From positions 32,236,885 through 32,300,884 of the forward strand of contig CM074513.1 in NCBI GenBank assembly GCA_037379345.1: a DNA stretch of 64,000 nt. The letters are read 5' to 3'. Below, piece after piece: positions 1 through 11,477 of this stretch. The position numbers and the translations under genes were made by a program. The DNA is from Perna viridis (lineage: Eukaryota). The notes beneath the pieces are model-generated. The model was not told where the DNA came from and did no database searches. It saw nothing but the letters and a program-made list of their open reading frames with translations. Each line of letters starts with the position of its first letter. The first letter of the stretch is position 1.

Positions 1-99
1 TGTCGAAGTAATCTGAAACCTGCGTCTGCGAGACCGCAGTTACTATATCCAATGAGAAAACCTTACAAAATCGTGATGAAAGAATTCATTTGTATATCC

Positions 100-621
100 A
101 ACGGATTCTGTAAACTAATTTGCATACAAAATTGACCTTTGTGACACAAAATTGAATCTTGTCTCACAAAATTGAATTAGTGTCACAAAATTGACTTTTG
201 TTTCATAAAATTGACTTTTGTGACACAAAATTGAATTTTGTGTTAATTCTGCAAAATTGATTTTTATTATGACAGAATTCAATTTTGTAAACACAAATTT
301 GAATTTGAATATTTCTAAGTTTTGTATCCAAATTAGTTCACCGAATCCAAACTTAACTAATTTGCATACAAAATTGACTTTTGTTACCCAATATTCAAAT
401 TAGGTAACAAAAAAATAAAGTCTGTGATACAAAAATGAATTTTGTCATGACAAAAGTAACTTTTGTCCACTGACAGATTACTTTATATGACAAAATTTAA
501 ATTTGTAGTATGTTATAAATTTTGTTAATCTGAACTCATTTTTGTTGAACAAAATTCACTTTTGTCTGTACAAAATTGAATTTTGAGTAGAAACCACATG
601 AGTCCCATTCGGCGCCCTGTA
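100..621. repeat. Degenerate ~21-bp tandem array (CACAAAATTGA[C/A]TTTTGTGA-like, internally palindromic), probably the interior of a non-autonomous DNA transposon
   Basis: Many copies of acaaaattga(c/a)ttttgt, spaced ~21 bp apart in 125-240 and more degenerate to ~590; no unique spacers. Confidence 0.7.
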
Positions 622-813
622 GTGAAAGGATACTTAAAACAAGATGCAAAACGGCGCATTTTATGCACCTTTGATTAAATGCTAATAATGCAATCGAAAT
701 ATAGTAACAACCGGTATTGATAATTGTTCTGATATTGAACGTATCATTCCTTCCATTTTATCTTTCATCAAATCATCAAACCCTGATATTCTTAAACTTT
801 TTCAGTGACATGA

Positions 814-1430
814 TGTAATATCGTATTGGTGTTATTTTATGGCCTGGGAACTAAACTCATTGTTTTGGCTATCGAATCTAATCTATAGGATACAAGAGCG
901 CAATTATTCACAATGCCATTTCCGTATGGGGGGGAGTCTTCACTTTCACTTAAATCTAAAAATAGATCCGGGAGAAATTTCTCTAATCTAACGCAATGTT
1001 ACTAAAATACACCCATACAGCTTTTAAATTTTTAAATAAAAACCATGTCATGCGGCGTTTCTACCCGTAAATTAAGGTTCAAAAAGGGGGATACTTTTCC
1101 AAACATCATTATTTCAGTAGCCACCATAAATCCTCACGTGATCCAAAAATACACATATATGGGCTGCTAGCTTTCAAATTCGATACTTTTGGTTCCTTAC
1201 TGTTCGTACAATTTTTTTCATGAAAATATCTTTTTTATTATCCACCAATCGTGAACGTTTCTGTATTTTCCACTGGGCTGCATGTTGAAATAAAGATCTG
1301 GCTGAATACCAAGAGACATAATTGCGCTATTGTAATCTATAACTTAAGATACATAATACAGACTTAGACATAAATGCACGTGTAGCATGCAAGACAAATT
1401 CACACACTATTGGCTTATTAATACATTTCA
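814..1430 (-). repeat. 3' LTR, interrupted by a MITE at 888-1337
   Basis: 814-887 plus 1342-1430 align to 4675-4843. Polypurine tract AAGGGAGAAA (minus strand, 1431-1440) abuts it. Confidence 0.88.
888..1337. mobile_element. MITE inserted in the 3' LTR
   Basis: Imperfect 20-bp TIRs GGATACAAGAGCGCAATTAT / ATAATTGCGCTATTGTAATC. TATA is duplicated at 884-887 and 1338-1341, whereas the other LTR has a single TATA. Confidence 0.85.
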
Positions 1431-1627
1431 TTTCTCCCTTGTTTTTGAATTTAAACTTCACTTTAGCAAAATAATTAATTTTACTGTAAATGTCAGTAGA
1501 AAGATATTCATCAACCATGAAACTGTAAACATATCATTCCAGTTAAAGAAATTTTAATTATCCAAATGCGTCTATAAATCTATCACTCTTCCCCTTACAC
1601 ACAACAAAACTAATACTAAACATTTGT

Positions 1628-2705
1628 TCAAGTCCCAGTACACTGTCTATTAAGCGGACACAAACCGTTAAATCGTCGAGGTTTCTTCTTATCTCTTCGT
1701 GGTCGATTATTAACGGAATAGTCGTCCCGATTTTGTCTGTTTGTAAATTGTCCGTAGTACGGTCTGACATGCGAGACGTTTCTATAGAAAGTTTGACCGT
1801 TATCTGACCTCACATGGACACTTGTTCCACTTTGCTTTACAACTTTGTACACTTTATTTTCAAACTTTGCCGAAGGTTTTTCTCCACCTCTCTTTGTAAG
1901 AATTACATTTTGTCCTTCACGAAATATCTGGTAGTTCTTTGCTTTTGTCTTATCGGCATTGTGTTTCTCGGCAGCTTTCTTTTTAGCATCTCGTTCTTTC
2001 CGTCTTTTGGGCACATTGTTGTTGATCAAGCAAGGTAATTTGATCTTTACAGTTCTGTTAAATAGTAGAGCATATCCAGTCGTTGAATGAAGTGTTGCAC
2101 GGTACAATAATAGGGAATTGTACAATTCGTCATGCCAGTTTTTTCCTTCAGCACATGCGGCGCGTATAGTTTTCTTTAAAGTCTTATTGAAATTCTGTAT
2201 AAGACAATTAGCACGTGGCCAATACGATGTGACACGGGTGTGTTCTATATCATTATCATTAAGAAACGCTTTGAATTCGTCCGACACGAATTGACTGCCA
2301 TTATCAGAAACTATTTCTGCGCACAATCCACGGACTGAGAATATTCGGCGCAATTTGTTAATATTGTAGCACTCGAAATTTGATAATCTCAACCTCTGGA
2401 AATCTGGAATAATAATCGATAACTACTAACAGATATTCGTTGTTTGAATACGGACCGCTTAAATCGATAGCTATTTTTCCCAAGGACCGTCAGGTAACTC
2501 TGACATTGTAAGAGTTGGCGGTCGAGGCGGATTTGATACTAACTGGCAAGCACGGCACATTTTGAATCATTGATTCTACATCGGAGTCAATATGTGGCCA
2601 CCAAACTTTTTCACGTAGTAACTGCTTTTTTTTTTACTACTCCCTGATGCGATTCGTGAAGAAGACTAAGAACGTGTTTTCGCTGATTACTTGGGATCAC
2701 TATTT
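1628..2705 (-). pseudogene. Gypsy integrase (frameshifted)
   Basis: IVIP..LHESHQG and WWP zinc-binding region; IVSDNGSQFVSDEF core; YWPRAN..IQNFNKTLK where the catalytic E of the usual ERF motif reads Q. Confidence 0.85.
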
Positions 2706-3533
2706 TTGCTTCAAGGTTAGATTCTTTTCGCGGAGTCGGGCAAGCAAGGCACGAAGTGTTTTATCATGTTCTTCTTAGTTTTGCGCATAGAAAATTATAT
2801 CGTCGGCAATATTTTTACAATCTGATATGTCTTGTATTGTCTGCTCAATAACACGTTGATGTAACTCGGGTGCGGAATTAATTCCAAACATTAGTCTCTT
2901 GTATCTGTACGGGCCTTTGTGACATACGGATGTGGTGATATAACGCGACTCTTCTTCTAATTCTATCTGATGAAAAGATTGGTTTAGATCTAGTCGAGAA
3001 AATATCGCAGATCCATTCATCTGTTGCAGAGTATCCTCTATATTTGGAATCGGAAAACGTTCTCACTGAACAGCTACGTTTGCTTGTCGCATGTCTACGC
3101 ACAGACGGACTTAATTGTTTTTCTTAGGCACTACTACCAAGCCTGAAACCCATGGCGTCGCACCACTGACTTTCTCTATTACGTCGGAATTCTCCAGTTC
3201 TTTTATTTTTATTTCTACTTGTTTTCTCATTTTAAACGGAATTTTTCGTACTGGCTGAGCAACAGGTTTTATTGATTTGTCTATGTGCAATTTCAATTTG
3301 AAGTCTTTAAGTTTACCAAGACCTACGAATCTGTCTTCATATGAACTGATTATCGTGTCTGTGTTGGAGTTAGAAAGGTTGTTGACACTATTTAACATTT
3401 CGATGTGGAGCAATCCTAAACCAGTAGCAGTTTTATAGCCAATTAACAGCCTTCCATCTCCGTTAATTATGTGAAATTCTACATCATGCTTGTTATCTTC
3501 GATAGTCATGCTCAATTTAATCTTGCCAAGCAT
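2706..3533 (-). pseudogene. Gypsy protease-RT linker and truncated reverse transcriptase
   Basis: PVAQPVRKIPF, TPWVSGLVVVPK, FSRLDLNQSFHQI, YRYKRLMFGINSAPE and IADDII motifs split over several frames with stops; RNase H absent. Confidence 0.85.
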
Positions 3534-3612
3534 TTCTAAAGGTGTTTTGCTACCGTACGGAAATACATTGACAGCACATTTCTGAACTCGAGATTTTGAT
3601 ACCTTTAACTTC

Positions 3613-4539
3613 TCAAATGTTTTTTCTGTCTGTTACGTTGATAGAAGCTCCTGAATCAATGAGAAAATCGACAACTTTACCTTCAATAGAAAACGGAACG
3701 ACATCATTGTTTTTTCCATACAATGTGAATATTTCCAATTCTTCGTCCACAATCGCGTGAACATTTTTTGTTGATTTTGTCTTGCACATTTTTGCAAAAT
3801 GTCCGATTTTTCCACATTTGCGACATATAATATTTCGAGATATTCTGCAATCTCTTCCGTAATGTTCCGTATTTCCACATCTGTAACATTGAGCAGTTGC
3901 GTGTGACGATTTCGGAGCACCTCCAGGTTTGAATTGCTTCCGTTTTTGTCTGATTTTGTTTATTTCTGGATCTTCTATACACGTCTCGGGTTTGTTGCTA
4001 TTTTCCATCTTCTTGGAGTGTGTTACAGCTAATTCAAATGTTCTGCCAAGTCTCTGAACTTTTTCTAAAGTTAGATCTTGCGCTGCTAGTAGCTTCCTTC
4101 TTAATTCGGTTGATTTACACCCATCAACAATTTGGTCTCGAATCATATCTTCACGTTGGTCTGGCCTAAAGTCACAAGCGATGCAGAGTTTTGAAATTCT
4201 CACAATAAAATCATCTATTGTTTCTCTGTCGTGTTGCTGAGCTTTCCTGAACATATGTCTCTCAAACTGTATATGTTTTTTTGGTTCAAAATAATTGTTC
4301 AGTGCCGTAACAGCTTGATCATATTTAGTTCCCGGATCTGGAAATGTTTCGAAAATGTCTTGTACTTCATGTCCAGCAATGTGTAGTAGCATAGCTCTCT
4401 TCGGTTCATCTTTAGACACTCCGGTTGCTTTTACGTAGTACTCGAACCGTTTTAAATATTGTTCCCAGGATTTTTCAAGATTTGTTTCACTAATAACTTT
4501 GAACGGTTCTGGTGCATGCAAGTCCAAATGTCCAGCCAT
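3613..4539 (-). CDS. Gypsy Gag with two CCHC zinc knuckles, running into aspartic protease (frame disrupted downstream)
   Basis: CYRCGNTEHYGRDC and CRKCGKIGHFAKMC knuckles; FLIDSGASINV protease motif. Confidence 0.85.
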   Translation of the reverse strand: MAGHLDLHAPEPFKVISETNLEKSWEQYLKRFEYYVKATGVSKDEPKRAMLLHIAGHEVQDIFETFPDPGTKYDQAVTALNNYFEPKKHIQFERHMFRKAQQHDRETIDDFIVRISKLCIACDFRPDQREDMIRDQIVDGCKSTELRRKLLAAQDLTLEKVQRLGRTFELAVTHSKKMENSNKPETCIEDPEINKIRQKRKQFKPGGAPKSSHATAQCYRCGNTEHYGRDCRISRNIICRKCGKIGHFAKMCKTKSTKNVHAIVDEELEIFTLYGKNNDVVPFSIEGKVVDFLIDSGASINVTDRKNI

Positions 4540-4654
4540 TGTTTTAATGTGAAATCGGAATTTAATCCTATCACGTATATATCAGAACTTAATCTTCACT
4601 AAAAGTTTTATCGGAATTTAATCCTCATCCTCTATTTGTTGTTTTATAGAGAGA

Positions 4655-4673
4655 ATCACCATCTTTGTCGCCA
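4655..4673 (-). promoter_or_regulatory. Primer-binding site, tRNA-Ser(GCT)-like
   Basis: Minus strand TGGCGACAAAGATGGTGAT, 1 nt after the 5' LTR; resembles the complement of the tRNA-Ser(GCT) 3' end (TGGCGACGAGGATGGGAT). Confidence 0.7.
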
Positions 4674-4674
4674 A

Positions 4675-4843
4675 TGTAATATCGTATTGGTGTTATTTTA
4701 TGGCCTGGGAACTATTGTTTTGGCTATCAAATCTAATCTATAACTAAAGATACATAATACAGGCTTAGACATAAATGCACGTGTAGCATGCAAGACAAAC
4801 TCTGCCCATCTTTCATACTATTGGCTTATTTTAATACATTATA
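4675..4843 (-). repeat. 5' LTR (~169 bp)
   Basis: Homologous to the uninterrupted parts of 814-1430; flanked by the PBS and the TSD. Confidence 0.9.
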
Positions 4844-5261
4844 CATGATGTCGACAATATCCAGATACTTAGCTCTAATAATGCGTTTAGCATCAAAATA
4901 CATCTTTTTGATTTCGGTGTAAGCTCCCAAGGGCTATCTGTTTCTACTTTTGATTATATCTTGGTTCTAGTATAGTTTTTTTTAACAAGGAAGTCAGTTA
5001 TTGATTTTCTTTATCTTCGTAAAGTAAAAGAAGAAGTATACGCAACTTATTTTAGATACCTGAAACCGATTTGACTATTTCTTATTATCTGCAAAATCCT
5101 CTTTGACCCCCCACTATTAATCGAAATTCTATACATGTAGATATCTCCCAATTCAAATTGTTCTTTTATATCTAAACTTTCAGCCTTCAAATGATGTTAC
5201 GTACTACATTGAACTGCTTCTTATCAGTTATCTCTTGTATATTTCAAATATTCTGAAGTTC

Positions 5262-7021
5262 ATGCCAAGTACAATGGAAACCTTTGTGTTCACCAAAATC
5301 TGTCCTCTTTTTTTGCTTGCGTTAGTACCTTTACTAGCGTCCGCTGACTCCAATGACCTGTTGACCAGAATGGAGAAGCTTGAAGGGCATTTTTCTGGAC
5401 ATTCGCAAAAGATCAATATACTTGAGGGCATAATCGATACTCTAAAGGTTGAAGTCAAAAACTTGAAATTGGAAAATTTCCATCTAAGGCATTCTAATGC
5501 TCTCGATAAAGTGTACCAGCATTTAGGAACGGATTACAGGAAGATGTCAAAACGGTTACTTGTAGGTAAGTTGGTAAAGTGCTTACATTGCAACTAAACG
5601 GATCTATTTTTCCTGCATGACAAATTCATGAAATTCCTTTTGGAAAAAACAAGTTCGTTTCATCTAAACCGAGCACATAAATTAAAAGATAATATTTGAT
5701 CACTTCAAAAGTCTATGCTTTTACATGTGGATGTTGTGTCAAAGTCCTCGGAGATAATCCAGAATGTGACGTTTGTCGTAGAGTTTCACGATGTGTAGTA
5801 TACGTCTGGGGGACTTTTTTCTTAAAGGGGGGGGAGGGGCTTTTATTGAGATATATTTTTCCTCAAAAGTTATCATCAGACAAATGTGAAAATAAACACC
5901 TCTCGAAAGTAAAAATGGAATTTACGATATAAACGAATCACGGGTACTTCCAGCATGAATGGTCCCGTCCACCCCTTGTTTCCTTGAGAACATTATTTCT
6001 GACAGATTCATAAATTAAAAAAAGGCACTTTTGCCATTTTTTTTATCCATTTATTGAATGTATCAGAAAGAAAATGCAATATACAAATACCTAATTAAAT
6101 ATATCTACGCTCTTGCTGTAAGTTCAAGTATGACAACCAATCTCGTCAGACAGAAGATGATTCATACATGTCAAACGCCAACAAAATTCACAGTTACAGA
6201 CCACATGACCGGTCTCAGTTTGTTGTTCGGTTGTTGCATGTTTTAAATAAAAATTGTATAGATTGTAGATGAAATTAACACTTTGACAGTTATCATCCTT
6301 GGATTGGTTGATTTAACTTACAGATGAATGCATGTTGTTTGTTTGTTTGTTTGTTTGTTTTTCAAAAATGCGAGTCTGTAGACACAAAAGAATATATATG
6401 GAGATTAAAAAAAATCCGTTTGTTCGGTGGTTTTTGGCTCCCCGAATTACCTCTGACATTGGCAGTGTGCCTGACTATTTTAAGGATTGGTATTGAAGTT
6501 TATTTGATTGTTCGGAGATTTAAAATTTCGGACGACATTAATCCGACAACACACAAAACTGCTACCCGTCCTTTACTTATGTTTGAATCACACTTTTTTC
6601 TTCTATTACAGGAAGTGAAACAGTTGACCAATATGGCTTCTATGCCTATATGTCACATGATGAACCTGAGCCTGGGGGTCATCATATTTTTGTCTACGAT
6701 GTTGCTGAAACCAACGTTGGGCATGCTTACAACAATTTCACGGGGATATTTACAATTCCACAAGATGGCCTTTACTCGTTTACGTGGTCTACTCGTGTTC
6801 AATGCTCAAAAGCGCACACAACTGAACTAGTGTTAAACATGAAGATTCTTGGAAGCACTTATGCCTATTGTGGATGGAATACTGTGACCGGCCATGTCGT
6901 TACTCGTGCTTCACAGGGTGATGCAGTATTTGTGAGAACACATGGAACATCACCAGGACAAGGTGCAGTGAAAAGTGACGAGTTTGGTAGATCAGCCTTT
7001 TCGGGCTTTCTGATCGCTTAA
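5262..7021 (+). CDS. Secreted C1q-domain-containing protein (signal peptide, coiled coil, gC1q); 2 coding exons 5262-5565 and 6612-7021
   Basis: Hydrophobic leader (LFLLALVPLLASA) and heptad segment. Phase-1 intron GTAAGT(5566)...TTACAG(6611) joins in frame to GFYAYM...NVGHAYNNFTGIFTIPQDGLYSFTW...SAFSGFLIA*. AATAAA at 7092. Alternative start ATG 5274. Confidence 0.9.
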
Positions 7022-7379
7022 TATCAAACTCTTCGCGACAATTGTTTGCTTGATTTAAAATTACTTTTGTAGATAAAGTGCATAGTTATGAAATAAAACA
7101 ATGCACGATCAAATATAGTATTTATGGTATTAAAACATGAATAAAATTTAAAATGTGAGACTTGAGAGAGTGTGATATTCTGAAAATTCCACCTTTTCAC
7201 TATTTTTTGTTATTATTGTAATCATACACCTGAGAATTAAACGTCTGGTAAGACCCGCTGTTGTGGATTCGTCGTTTTCTTGAACATATCAATATCCAAA
7301 TAAAAAAGAGGAGGGTTGCAGGGTCAGAGGAAATTCAGACTAATATATGGTATGAATATTTTAAAACATAACAGTTGTA

Positions 7380-8850
7380 ACTTGATCTAAAAGGTCAAGG
7401 TCACTTAAAAGTCATGAAAGTAGCCGAATCATTGTCTTATGGTGATTCAACCACGCACCGAAAATGGATGGCGTACATAAAACGACAAAAAAGTTGTGTC
7501 CCAGACACGAATCCATGTAAACAAAATATGTAATTTCGACCTGGAGGTCAAGGATCAAGGCCATGTACAGATCATAAATGTACGCGATGCCTATGTTGAA
7601 GAACGAAGTAGTTATCCCGGAAATGAGGTCGAAGTTCAAAGGTCATAAACCTCTATCCATGGAATGTGACACATCTTAAGGCGATCAATCCACATGCCAA
7701 ATATCAAAAGCCCACATCGAAAGACAAAAAAGTTACAGCCTGGACACAAGTTTTTCACAAAAAAATACAGAAATTTGACCTTGCGGTCACTGTTCAAGGT
7801 CATATGTCCAAATCTATGGTACGTGACACATCATCTCCGAGAGATCCACCCACATGTCAAATATCAAAAGCCCACATCGAAAGACAAAAAAGTTATAGCT
7901 TGGACAAGAGTTTGTCAACGACAAAAAATGGAATTTGAGCTTGAAGTCGAAAGTCAAGGACATAAACCTATATCCATGGAATGCGACACATCGTCTTAGG
8001 GCGATCAATATACATGTCAAATATCAAAAGCACACATCGAAAGACAAAAATGTTACAGCCTGGATACAAGTTTGTCACAAAAAAACCCACAGAAATTTGA
8101 CCTTGAAGTCACAGTTCAAGGTCATAGGCCCAAATCTATGGCATAAGACACATCATCTTGACGTGATCGACCCAATGCCAAAATATCAAAAGCCCACATG
8201 AAAAGATAAAAAATTACAACCCGGACACAGGTTTGTCATTGAAAAAATAGGTATTTGACCTTGAGGTCAAAGTTCAAGGTCATACGTCAATATCCATGAT
8301 ACGAAACACGTCGTCTTTAATGAACTACCAACATGCCAAATATCAAAAGCTCACATTGAAAGACAAAAAGTAACAGCCCGGACACAAGTTTATCACTAAA
8401 TAACAGTAATTTGACCTTGACGTCAAAGTTCAAGGTCATACGTCAATATCCATGATACGAAACACGTCGTCTTTAATGAACTACCAACATGCCAAATATC
8501 AAAAGCTCACATTGAAAGACAAAAAGTAACAGCCCGGACACAAGTTTATCACTAAATAACAGTAATTTGACCTTGACGTCAAATTTCAAGGTCATACGTC
8601 AATATCCATGATACGAAACACGTCGTCTTTAATGAACTACCAACATGCCAAATATCAAAAGCTCACATTGAAAGACAAAAAGTAACAGCCCGGACACAAG
8701 TTTATCACTAAATAACAGTAATTTGACCTTGACGTCAAATTTCAAGGTCATATGTCAATATTCATGGTACGATACATATCGTCTTAAGGTGAACTACCCA
8801 CATGCCAAATATCAAAAGCCTACATCGAAAGACAAAAAAGTTACAACCCA
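7380..8850. repeat. Tandem array of ~156-160-bp units (TTGACCTTGA.GTCAAAGTTCAAGGTCA...AAATATCAAAAGCCCACATCGAAAGACAAAAAAGTTACAGCC), Helentron-type satellite
   Basis: Unit starts near 7775, 7934, 8097, 8255, 8411, 8567, 8723; the units from 8255 on are near-identical; related array at 34350-34715. Confidence 0.88.
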
Positions 8851-9700
8851 GAGGGTGATAGATAGTTTCACCTTGAAAATACATTAACAACGATTTTCTC
8901 GGGGAAACAAACTGCTCTATCACCCGCTTAGCTATTTAAGAAATAATTCGTAGAGGGGTAGATTTGTACTCATTTTAACATGGGTTTGACATTTATATTC
9001 TCATTTAACAAATCGCTGTCGCTCGGTGTTCAATAATCGAATAGAAATGCCGTACCCATGTTAAAATGAGTACAAATCTACCCACGGAAGAAATTATTTT
9101 TTTTCTAATATGACAAATACGGTAATTTTTTGTGACAAAAATTTCCCTAGGCGTAGCCAAAATAACGGCTGTTCCGTTTAACCTCCCCCGTATGGAAGTT
9201 GGATTAAACTTGTATATTTATGTCATCGTATGTGTTAAATGTGTGTATTATTATAATTTATTTCAATTAGATAACATCTCAGCCATTAAATAATCGCGTG
9301 AACGTTTTTTTAATGAGTGTTTTGTCTCGAACGAAAACGAAAGAAAAGAGACAGTGCGCATGTGTTAAAGGTGGGTTGTACCGACATAAACTGTTTGACG
9401 ATATGAAGACGTCATATTAGAAATGTTATTTATAATTAGCACAATCTGTCGCACTTTGAATTAACAAATTTACACCGGTCTTTGTCATCTATATCATTCC
9501 CATACGGGAGGCGCCACACAGGGACCATATTATAGAATTCGTATTAAGAATAATATTCCCCGTTCATGAAAATATTTTATTATTACAGTATAATCACAAT
9601 AATAATGTTTTGACTTAACATAAAAGGAATACATGTAAAAGGATTCGGTTTCTTCGCCTCATCCTTTTATGTGAAGTAAAGACACTATCATTGTCTATAT
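8851..9700. mobile_element. Cluster of hairpin-bearing non-autonomous elements (possibly Crypton-like)
   Basis: Inverted repeats at 8853-8925, 8940-9098 (29-bp perfect core arms GGGTAGATTTGTACTCATTTTAACATGGG), TTTCTAATATGAC 9102-9114 / GTCATATTAGAAA 9411-9423, 9185-9198 / 9497-9511, and 9590-9700. Family assignment is inference. Confidence 0.55.
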
Positions 9701-10439
9701 AAAAGTGAAAGTAAATTTGTTCATTTATCGACAGCTTTTAATTTATCGAAAAATCACATAAGCCATGTATTTTCGCTTACTCTAACTATTTAAATAGTTC
9801 TTTCAGTTTCATTTATGCATCATTGAGCTAAAAAATGTATGTCGTGGAATTTCAGTGAAAATGTATACATTTTTCATTTTAACCTTACATATACCACTAT
9901 ATTTTTCAAATTTTGAACTTTAATGTATAGGTTTTTGTTATAAGATACGGTTTCAATCATTAAAAGCAAACTTTATTGCAAAAAAAATGAATAATACTCG
10001 ATATTTCATACACTACGCAATAATAGGCTACACGGCAATTTTACCATTTTTCCATGATCGTATATTTCAGCTCACGAATAGACTAAGCTTACTTTTGGAT
10101 ACATTCAGTGTGAAAAAAATTCAACTTCTTAATTATCTGGTTCTATAAATATCGAACTTGAAAAAGTTTCATACGGTTATACGAACAATTCGGTGTTATT
10201 GTTTTTTTTTATGTGGATATGAGTTTGCATAAACTTAACAATTAACGGTTGTTTCAAATATATTGTTTTGATTTGGTAGTTTATAAAAGAAACAATTTGT
10301 CATGTTGGTTGTGTTAACTGAGCAATTTTGTTTTGCGGTCGTGTAGAAACTACCGTTTGACCAACAGGCACTATCAATGGCCGGTTACGATCCATGCTAT
10401 TATATTCATAAATGATCGTATCAGACACATGCCTGTGGT

Positions 10440-11345
10440 TTTACCCCTACAGTTTGTCAACATATCAAAGTTCTGTGTACAATAACATGAAAATAGCAAA
10501 AAAAAAACAAAAAAAAACGTCAAAATAGGGCAATAACTCCAACATGGGTCAACAGATATTCACGAATATTTCTGGATGGATAGATTCCAGCCTGATGAAC
10601 TATTTCATCGATGGTAGTGTTTGTCAACCAATAGTTATAAGAGATATTTGCTAAAAGCTGTAAGGAATAATATCAAGTTTGGTTCTAATCAGTAGTTTCT
10701 GAGGAAAAGATTTTCAGAAATGATATGAAATCGCTACTTCAGTGGCCACAAGTCCATTTAAGTTCTCTTTAATTCGGACTCGTATCCTCATTACGATTGA
10801 GAATTAAACTCTTTGAGCTAACTGTTATACTTTTAAAGTTATTAACCGAAAAATGCAAAAATATACCTTACAAAAATATATTTTTCAAGAATAAAATGTA
10901 TAAGATGGGGAATAACTCAACTTACTTAAATTAGCAGGAAAGCTGATAAAAAACATTATTTTTGGGGGAGTGGCCCAATTTATTACCCCCTTTACTAAAG
11001 AACGGTGCAAGATAATTCTACTATGAAAAATCTTTAAAAACATATTTTAAAAGAAACACATTATCATTGACATCTGATGCACCAGAATAGGATTAACAAT
11101 AAACTTTCTCTATCATGATGAACACAATTTTTCTCATTTTAGCCCTTAATTTTCAAAAAGGTGGGGCAAAAAGTAATAATAAAGGTCGCTTCGTCATGTT
11201 ATTTGGAAAGATGTGTTACAATTTTAAAAAGATCGGGTAAGTTTTACTCAAATTATTGTAAATAAACGAAAGTTAACGGACGATGTCACCGACGACGACA
11301 GGGTGATTATAACAAGACAAAAACAAAAATTTCCGGTCGTAAAAA
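10440..11345 (+). repeat. Degenerate Helentron-like repeat remnants
   Basis: GGGCAATAACTCCAACATGG unit shared with 22140, 28030 and 49720; GACGACGAC microsatellite with 3' hairpin near 11290-11345. Confidence 0.5.
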
Positions 11346-11477
11346 AAATGAAAAGGATGTGAATTACTGGTATAACAATTTAATAGAGCAGTAAAACATT
11401 AACAATCAACTCCTTTGGAATGTCTCACTTATATTGTTTAGGAATGTCGAATTTCATTGCTGAAAGTAAGACCGGAA

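Larger units (their letters stand above)
814..4843 (-). mobile_element. Ty3/Gypsy LTR retrotransposon (Mag-like), decayed and internally deleted
   Basis: Two homologous LTRs (814-1430 and 4675-4843, both starting TGTAATATCGTATTGG on +). 5-bp TSD CATGA at 809-813 and 4844-4848. PBS and PPT present. Gag-PR-RT-IN order on the minus strand. Confidence 0.93.

Noticed and set aside
100-621. CRISPR-like palindromic repeats
   Set aside because: Units are contiguous and degenerate with no unique spacers; eukaryotic context; no cas genes.
6324-6830. 168-aa plus-strand ORF
   Set aside because: Spans C1q intron sequence (including a GTTT microsatellite) and the wrong frame of exon 2.
7412-8201. Overlapping ORFs with repeated [10 protein letters not shown] peptides
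   Set aside because: Translations of the tandem satellite; no gene structure.
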